Origin: Caecitellus pseudoparvulus
Lineage: Eukaryota; Protista; Bigyra: Bicosoecida
Assembly (NCBI GenBank): GCA_965644315.1
Contig: CBFFRQ010000093.1
Location: 124,001-188,000 of the forward strand
DNA length: 64,000 nucleotides
Direction of reading: 5' to 3'
Each line of letters opens with the position of its first letter. The first letter of the stretch is position 1. Made by a program: the position numbers and the translations under genes. Positions 58,114-64,000 of this stretch are shown in pieces. The notes under the pieces are model-generated. The model searched no databases. It saw only the letters and a program-made list of their open reading frames with translations, and had not been told where the DNA came from.

Positions 58114-61100
58114 ATGAGCGCAGCAGCCAGTAGCAGTCATGGTGCTGCCGCCCAGGCGCCAGCCGCCAGCGGCAGTGCCTTTCGAGGTAGTGCTCACACC
58201 TCTCACAGGCGGGCTCGCAGCAGCTTTCGCAAGCTGCAGCACCTGCACGAAGGAGCCATTGATGCTGACAGTACATCCCTGGAAGCAGCGGGTGTGTCCC
58301 TGCGGTCGTTTACCCGAGCACGCACGACGTCAGCGGTGGATGGCTCAGGCCGAGCTCCCCTCCGCCCCTCCCGCTCGCACGATGACCTGACGCAGCTGCA
58401 AGCGCCAAACTTGAGCGGCGCCCTGCAGCCAACGCAGGAGAGTAAAGCCACGCCCGTGTCAGGAGGCGGGTCTCGCCCCAGGGCTGCTTCCATGCAGCCT
58501 GCCCTGTCAAGCCACTCTATGCCCGCGGTGGCACCGCCCTCCCTCCCACGAGGCCCACCCAGCCCCCAAGCTGGTGGGTCTAGGGGGAAGTCTTCGTTGG
58601 TGGGCGGCTCGGGGCGCGACCTGCGCCTGGGCTTGCTGCGGCGCATGCAGGCCATGTCCCAGGCGGCGCCAGCTCCAGCCCCTCCAGCCCTCACCAACCC
58701 CAATGCTGCTCCCGGGCGACGGCGCGCAGACAGCGAGGCGGGGGCTGGGCGAGGCACCAGCGTTGCTGAGCGGCGTGCACGGTACCGGAAGAAGAAAGGC
58801 CAGCGTGCGGAGCACACACGGCGCCTGCGTGACTGGCAGTCCAAGTTCGAGGCCAAGCTGCGGAAACGCAGCAGGGAGGCCTCCACGGCCAGCCAAAGTA
58901 GCGCAGTGCCTGCCGCTGCCCCCATCCCACCTTCCCCACAACTGAGCAGCCAGCCTGGCCCACACCAACTTCCTACTTGTGCCACGCTGCGAGCCGTGGC
59001 GCACGATTTGCAACGTGCGCGCCGTGTGCGTGTGTGCTGCCAGCAGCAGGAGAAAATGCCGCCGCCGCTGCAAGCTGCGTGGGAAGCCATGCCTCGCGCG
59101 CTGCAGGCAGCCATCAGCGTCGTGCACCTGCACAGGTCCAGTGAGGGCTGGGGCCCGTACAGGGCGCTGGAAACTGACATGCTCGCTGCCGTGCCTGTCA
59201 CGCGGGTGTCGCCGTTGTGGGCGCCCTCTGCTGCGGCAGCTCGCTGCACCTCGTGCGGCGTGGAGTTCAGCATGCTGGTGCGCAAGCACCACTGCCGGCG
59301 GTGTGGCTTGGTCATGTGCCACGACTGCACGCCCTTTCGGGACGTCTCCTCGCCGCCCGTCGTCAGTTCGTGGTGGGGTGTGCTGGCAGGGGAGCCCCCC
59401 GATGCCCCCCAACCCCGCAAGCGAACCGGCAGCGTCGACTCTGCACCCGCTGCACCCAGCAACCCTCGCATGCCCGCTGGGCTGCTGGAGGTGCTGTCTG
59501 GCGCCTCCGCCCTGCACGCCCTGGATGCGGTGCAGCTGGACGGTGGACCAGCGGGGGATGCCGCCGCCTCCCCCCTGCGCGCCCTCACGGAGCCCACCCA
59601 GGTGTGGTCCAGGTTGTGTGTGCACTGCCATGGCATGCTGCGGGGGGTGGTGGTGCCCCACCCCCAAGTGCAGCTGTCAGTGGGAGACACGTACCACCGC
59701 CTGCACCCCCGCCGCGTGCAGACGGTGCTGGCCAGCCGCGATGCAGCCCAGGCCAGAGCTTTGAAAGCGCTGGCGGGAACGCCCCCCCCCGACGCACCTG
59801 ACTACGTCCTCGCCGCTGCAGCTGGCAAGGCATGGCGGCCCGGCCCAGGGCAGGGTGGGCGGCACACGCTGGGCACTTCAGACGCCAGTCCTGCGCGTAA
59901 GGCGTTTGAAGTGGGCTTCTGGCTCCAAGCGGTGGCGCAGGGGCTGTCCCATGAGGTGCAGCACTGGATGGCGATGGGGCTGCCAGTGAACGCGGGTGAC
60001 CGCGCCACAGGGCGCTGTGCGCTGCATGTGGCAGCCCTGTACGGCCAGAAGCAGGTGTTGGAGCGCCTCGTGCGGGAATACGGCGCTGACGTGGGCGCCA
60101 TCGATGCGCAGGGCAGCACGCCCCTGCACCTGGCAGCAGCGGCCGGCCGCCCCGCCATCGTCCGATCTCTGCTCGCGTTTGACGCGCCGCAGGATGTGCC
60201 CGACGCTGATGGTTTTACGCCGTACGACCTGGCGCAGCGCTTCCAACACACGGCCGTGCTGGCCCTGCTCGATGACGCACACTGCACGGCGGCGGCATCC
60301 CAAGTGGCGGTGGCGCAAGCCAAGGCTGACGCGGCAGCTGCCCGGCGCACGGCGGCGGCCGAGCCGGGGGCTGAGGCGACGCCACGCCCCCCCTTCGACG
60401 CGACACCGTTCCAAGACGGCTCTGCGCGGTGCAACCTCCTGCCGGCTGACGCACTGCGCCAAGCCACTCGCGGACGCCCGCTGCCCTTGCCCCCCCGAGC
60501 GCGCCTGCTGGAGGCTGGCATCGCGAGGCTGGACCCCGCTGCCCAGGCACTGCAAGCCAACCTCATGGCTGTCCGCAACAGCGGCATCCGGGCGTGTGTC
60601 AGCAGCCAGTGGCGGCAGGATGCCACTGGGCTCACTCGCCGCGCGCGCTGGCACGAGCTGGGCTTCCTGACGGCGCGGCGGGTGCACGCGTCTGCAGGCT
60701 TGTGGAGCAAGTCTGCGCGGGACATTTTGTCCGTGCGCCTGGTGGCCGATATTTGGCGGCGCGGCCACTGCCTGGGGCCGGACGTGGACTACCAGCCTCT
60801 GGTGGCGGCGGCGGCAGGGGTGGACCCAGCCTCTGCCGAGCCTGCCTCCGAAGCTGGCAGCGCGGCAGACACGGGCAGCAGCGATGAGGAGGAGGCGCCT
60901 GGTGATGAGGCAGGGCGCTTCGGCATGGACGTGGATTGGATGTCGCCCCTGGGCACGGTGGATGCGGATGAGGGGGGAGGGGGGGGCACGGAGGACGAAG
61001 ACGACGCGGGCGGGGCGGCCGATGGCACGCTGGTCGTGGAGGAGGAAGGGGAGGAGGACGAAGACAGCGAGGAAGACGAGGAGGAGGTGGCCCCTCCTGC

Positions 61101-61116
61101 TGCTGCAGGCCGGTGA
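58114..61116 (+). CDS. FYVE zinc finger + ankyrin repeat protein with acidic tail
   Basis: WAPSAAAARCTSCGVEFSMLVRKHHCRRCGLVMCHDC...RLCVHC. Ankyrin motifs GRCALHVAALYG, GSTPLHLAAAAG and GFTPYDLA. Confidence 0.85.
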   Translation: MSAAASSSHGAAAQAPAASGSAFRGSAHTSHRRARSSFRKLQHLHEGAIDADSTSLEAAGVSLRSFTRARTTSAVDGSGRAPLRPSRSHDDLTQLQAPNLSGALQPTQESKATPVSGGGSRPRAASMQPALSSHSMPAVAPPSLPRGPPSPQAGGSRGKSSLVGGSGRDLRLGLLRRMQAMSQAAPAPAPPALTNPNAAPGRRRADSEAGAGRGTSVAERRARYRKKKGQRAEHTRRLRDWQSKFEAKLRKRSREASTASQSSAVPAAAPIPPSPQLSSQPGPHQLPTCATLRAVAHDLQRARRVRVCCQQQEKMPPPLQAAWEAMPRALQAAISVVHLHRSSEGWGPYRALETDMLAAVPVTRVSPLWAPSAAAARCTSCGVEFSMLVRKHHCRRCGLVMCHDCTPFRDVSSPPVVSSWWGVLAGEPPDAPQPRKRTGSVDSAPAAPSNPRMPAGLLEVLSGASALHALDAVQLDGGPAGDAAASPLRALTEPTQVWSRLCVHCHGMLRGVVVPHPQVQLSVGDTYHRLHPRRVQTVLASRDAAQARALKALAGTPPPDAPDYVLAAAAGKAWRPGPGQGGRHTLGTSDASPARKAFEVGFWLQAVAQGLSHEVQHWMAMGLPVNAGDRATGRCALHVAALYGQKQVLERLVREYGADVGAIDAQGSTPLHLAAAAGRPAIVRSLLAFDAPQDVPDADGFTPYDLAQRFQHTAVLALLDDAHCTAAASQVAVAQAKADAAAARRTAAAEPGAEATPRPPFDATPFQDGSARCNLLPADALRQATRGRPLPLPPRARLLEAGIARLDPAAQALQANLMAVRNSGIRACVSSQWRQDATGLTRRARWHELGFLTARRVHASAGLWSKSARDILSVRLVADIWRRGHCLGPDVDYQPLVAAAAGVDPASAEPASEAGSAADTGSSDEEEAPGDEAGRFGMDVDWMSPLGTVDADEGGGGGTEDEDDAGGAADGTLVVEEEGEEDEDSEEDEEEVAPPAAAGR

Positions 61117-61150
61117 CGGGGTGCCCAGCCACCGCCGCGTTCCGTGCGAC

Positions 61151-61162
61151 GCAATGCATTGC
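61151..61162. terminator. Palindrome GCAATGCATTGC, candidate bidirectional 3'-end/poly(A) signal
   Basis: Perfect 12-bp palindrome between the convergent stops at 61116 and 61203; the AATGCA core recurs after many stop codons. Confidence 0.55.
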
Positions 61163-61202
61163 CAGACAGGCCCGTGCCCAGGTCACCATGCAAGCCCTAC
61201 TC

Positions 61203-63157
61203 TCAGGGAGTCTCCCCCACGATTCGTGTCGTGCTCTGCCCGGTGGCGTCCTCCTCCACTACTCGCATGGGTAGGCGCATGTCCCCCAGGAAACCGCCAT
61301 CATCCTCATCGTGCAGGAACACACCATCATCCTCGTCGTCCAGGAACACACCATCTGGCGACAGTGGTGCCTCATGCCCTTCCAGAGCACTCTCATCTTC
61401 CGAAGGGAACGGGGTCTCCTCTAGGTGACTCAAGTCGCCTTCCCTTGACGGGGGCGGCGCCAACTGGTCTGCGACATCGGCGAGGGAGATGGGCGCACGG
61501 GCTGCCCCTGCCGCTGGCTTCACGCGACGGGGAACACTCTCCTTGCCCTTTGCCTGGGCGGCTGCGAGGTGGGTGAGGGCCTTGGCTCCACCTGGGGGAA
61601 GGGGGCGGCGCAAGGACATGAGCAGCGGCATGAGGAACACCTCTTGCTGCAGGGAGAAGCCGACTTGCTCCAGAGCCAGGGGGGGGTCCTGTCCCGCAGT
61701 CCGGGTCGCAGGCGCCGACAATGCAGACAAGTGCGCACTGCGCGCCCGGGCATTGCGCCGCACATCAGCAGGGTGGGGCCTGAGAACGCTTCCCCCCAGC
61801 TCCCGTGCCCAGCCCTGCGCGGTGAGAGCGTCAGTGGCGGCGGCCAGCGCCGCAGACTCCTGAGGCGCGAAGGCCAACGCTGCAAAATGCCCAGAAGGGG
61901 CGACGATGCTCGGCAAGGAACACAGCAGGGACGCGAAATGCCAATCTTCCGCATTTGTTGCAATGCGTAGGGCCTGGAATGCTCGCTGCAGCTCAGCTAG
62001 GTAGCGCGGGCGTGAGTTTGTCAGGGTGTTCACCTGTGCAAGGGAGTGGTAGCGTGAAAGACAGGAAGTGTGCGTGACGCGGGCATGGACAATACAAGCA
62101 CAAAACCGGTCACAACGTACAATGCGTGTTTCCGCCTTCTTGCTGTGCCACACAGTCTGCCGATCCCACACGCCTGCAATGCGGCCCTTGGAGCGATATG
62201 CGCCGCTGGTCGCTGCACGCTTGGTCAGCCATCGCACGTCTGCTGGCCGCAGACCAACAGGCGGCTCGCCTAGCTCCCGCGCAATCGCACACTCAATGAC
62301 AAACCGCAGTTCCAGCGTGCTGCGAATGCGGCGGCGCCTCGAGCCACGACTGCGCCACTCCACAATGCCCCGAGCGATGACACGAGCCATGTCCGTTTCC
62401 CCGCCCTTGTGGCGGAGTAGGCTGACCAGCTGGGCGTAGTTGCACGAGTTTACAATTTCACCAGCTGTTACAGCCCCCGATACGCTCTGTGGGCCGCACG
62501 AGGAGCGGGTGGTGCAGTTTGGGCGGCAGTTCGCGGCTTCTGAGCCGCAGCACGCACCGAGTCGAATCTGCCGTCAAGCGGGCCGTCACGGCGGAAGGAA
62601 AAACCTCGCGCCGCATTGTCCACCTGCCCTGAGTTGAAGCCAACATCCACTAACACGCCTGTCGCGCCTGGCTGCCCCAATTCCCCCAACACTTCCCCGA
62701 TGTGAGTGTAGGGGGCCTTCACGAGGGTTGCGCGGTCCAGAACGCCAGCCTGCGCCAGCTGCTTGCGTGCTTTGGCCACCATCTCGGCGTCTGTGTCCAG
62801 GCCAATGACGCGGGCGGCTGGGAGCAGCCGCAGCAGTGCTTCCGTGTGCCCACCATGCCCCAGCGTCCCATCCACAAAGACACAGCCAGCCCCGTCTGCA
62901 GGCACGCTGGGGGGCACCCAGGCTTGCAGCACTTCATGGGGCATGACTGGCACGTGCAGCCCCGCGGAGGCTCGACTCTGGGCCACCTCTGCGCACACCT
63001 GCTGCACCCTGTCCGCTGCTTCGCCGCGCGGGCTGCCAGTGTGCAGCTGGCTTTCAGCTAAGTCACCCAGACAGCGGCTACTGGACATCCAGGGCACACT
63101 CCTGCGCCAGGGAAGGGAGGGCAACAACACCTTGAAGCGCCTAGCATGTCCAAGCAT
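61203..63157 (-). CDS. rsmH: RsmH/MraW (METTL15-like) rRNA m4C methyltransferase, divergent, with acidic C-terminal extension; introns join ORFs 62468-63277 and 61203-62390
   Basis: HVPVMPHEV, VDGTLGHGGH, GLDTD, GFSFRRDGPLDGRFD, RAFQALRIATN and NARARSAHL; presequence-like N-terminus. Confidence 0.85.
61286..61355. repeat. 27-nt coding tandem repeat (about 2.5 copies)
   Basis: CCATCATCCTCRTCGTSCAGGAACACA units encode DGVFLDDED-DGVFLHDED-DGGFLGD on the minus strand. Confidence 0.8.
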
Positions 63158-63504
63158 GATCGCCAACGAGGTGCGAGGGATAAGAGGCGCTGCAGTGCGC
63201 AGAGTCGATTGCGGAAATCGGAGCCTGCACGCCTTCCAGAAAGGCCGTGTGAGCCGGGCTGTGAAGAAGGCACACACTGAATATGCGTTCAGAACAAAGT
63301 GTTCACAGCTTCACACACGTGGGAGATTCTGGTGTGAGCGGATCGTTCCATTGCCCAGTGCAGCATGCAGGACTAGGGGCCGCCAGGAAACACTCTGCTT
63401 TGCACTGCGGGCGCCAAAACCACGTGACATAACACTCTTAAACCACAAGATCAGTGCAGTCATCGTGTTTATCTAGAATATCCACTTTTCGCGTCAAGTG
63501 TGCC

Positions 63505-64000
63505 ATGGAAACCGTCCCAGCAGCCGCAGAGGTGTGTTGCGTGCTGCGAGCCCAAGTTCCGCACTTCGCAGAACCACCTCGCCATCTGCACACCGCAGAG
63601 ATGGCTGTTGAGGGAAGAAATCCCTCGCATGTCTGCCTCAGACCCCCGAGCAATCTCGCGCATCCACGATGCCTTGCCAGTGGTCATCACGGACATGCAG
63701 CTGGTTGATGTGAGTTGGCGGCGTGATGCACGAAGCCCACTGCCCGCACTCGGCTCCCCGCTTCCCTGGCCAGCCTGCCGTGCACAAGTGGGACATGGGG
63801 TACCTGGAAACACACATGACCGGCGCAGACGTCACCGTCTTCCGTTCCACCGGGGACTTCCTGTACCACGATGGGGACGCTGGGCAGGCCGACTACGACT
63901 GGTCCCCACCCACAGAGCGCCTGTCCATGCCCGTGCACGAATTCGCGGCAGAGCTGCGCCGAAACGTGGCTCAGGAGGGCCGCGAACTGTTCTCCCCCAA
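63505..64000 (+). CDS. HIF1AN: Factor-inhibiting-HIF (JmjC asparaginyl hydroxylase) homolog, 5' part only; introns about 63532-63598 and 63710-63773
   Basis: Spliced product IPRMSASDPRAISRIHDALPVVITDMQLVD|PAVHKWDMGYLETHM...VTVFRSTGDFLYHD...RLSMPVHEFAAEL. By recall this aligns with human FIH IPRLSQSDPRA...[21 protein letters not shown]...KFLYYD...EMKFHEF. Confidence 0.8.

Noticed and set aside
61203-62390. Separate 395-aa hypothetical gene
   Set aside because: It contains the RsmH C-terminal motifs (FQALRIATN, ARSA) and is the 3' half of the spliced RsmH gene.
1-64000. Prokaryotic interpretation (operons, CRISPR, prophage, IS elements)
   Set aside because: Spliceosomal introns and core eukaryotic genes (SF3B1, RPN2, RPS27) throughout. 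No repeat-spacer array, transposase or integrase was seen.

Overview
This is a gene-dense, GC-rich (roughly 70% by eye) eukaryotic nuclear region. It has short GT-AG introns (mostly about 60-170 nt; donors GTGCGT, GTGAG, GTAAGT, GTACGT) and very short intergenic spacers. I built 27 protein-coding models by hand; the first and last run off the window edges. In order: symplekin, a torsin-like AAA+ ATPase, COX23-like, a CHD remodeller with ARID/ePHD, patatin, RNase Z, Aha1-N, mitochondrial RF1, HBS1, a CNBD K+ channel, WW-methyltransferase-ankyrin, a Zn2Cys6 factor, SF3B1, a small ORF, a membrane protein with an AP-4 beta-ear, PCCA, SAM synthetase, RPN2, GBP2-like, RPS27, B9D2, Sel1, ARM-TIR, PIG-H, MTHFS, FYVE-ankyrin, RsmH/METTL15 and FIH/HIF1AN. 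B9D2 implies a flagellated or ciliated cell. The gene content and promoter-like motifs fit a protist, possibly a heterotrophic stramenopile (inference only). I saw no rRNA, tRNA, CRISPR array or mobile element. Most notable: (1) a candidate non-canonical 3'-end/polyadenylation signal, AATGCA (AATNCA), which sits just after stop codons, is shared as a palindrome by convergent gene pairs, and inside genes was noticed only on the antisense strand; (2) a type-I membrane protein ending in an AP-4 beta-appendage-like domain; (3) an ARM-TIR(-SAM-like) candidate NADase next to a Sel1 gene; (4) torsin-like, FIH-like and Zn2Cys6(+PAS-like) genes, families usually treated as animal or fungal. All assignments come from motif recognition by eye; no database search was run.
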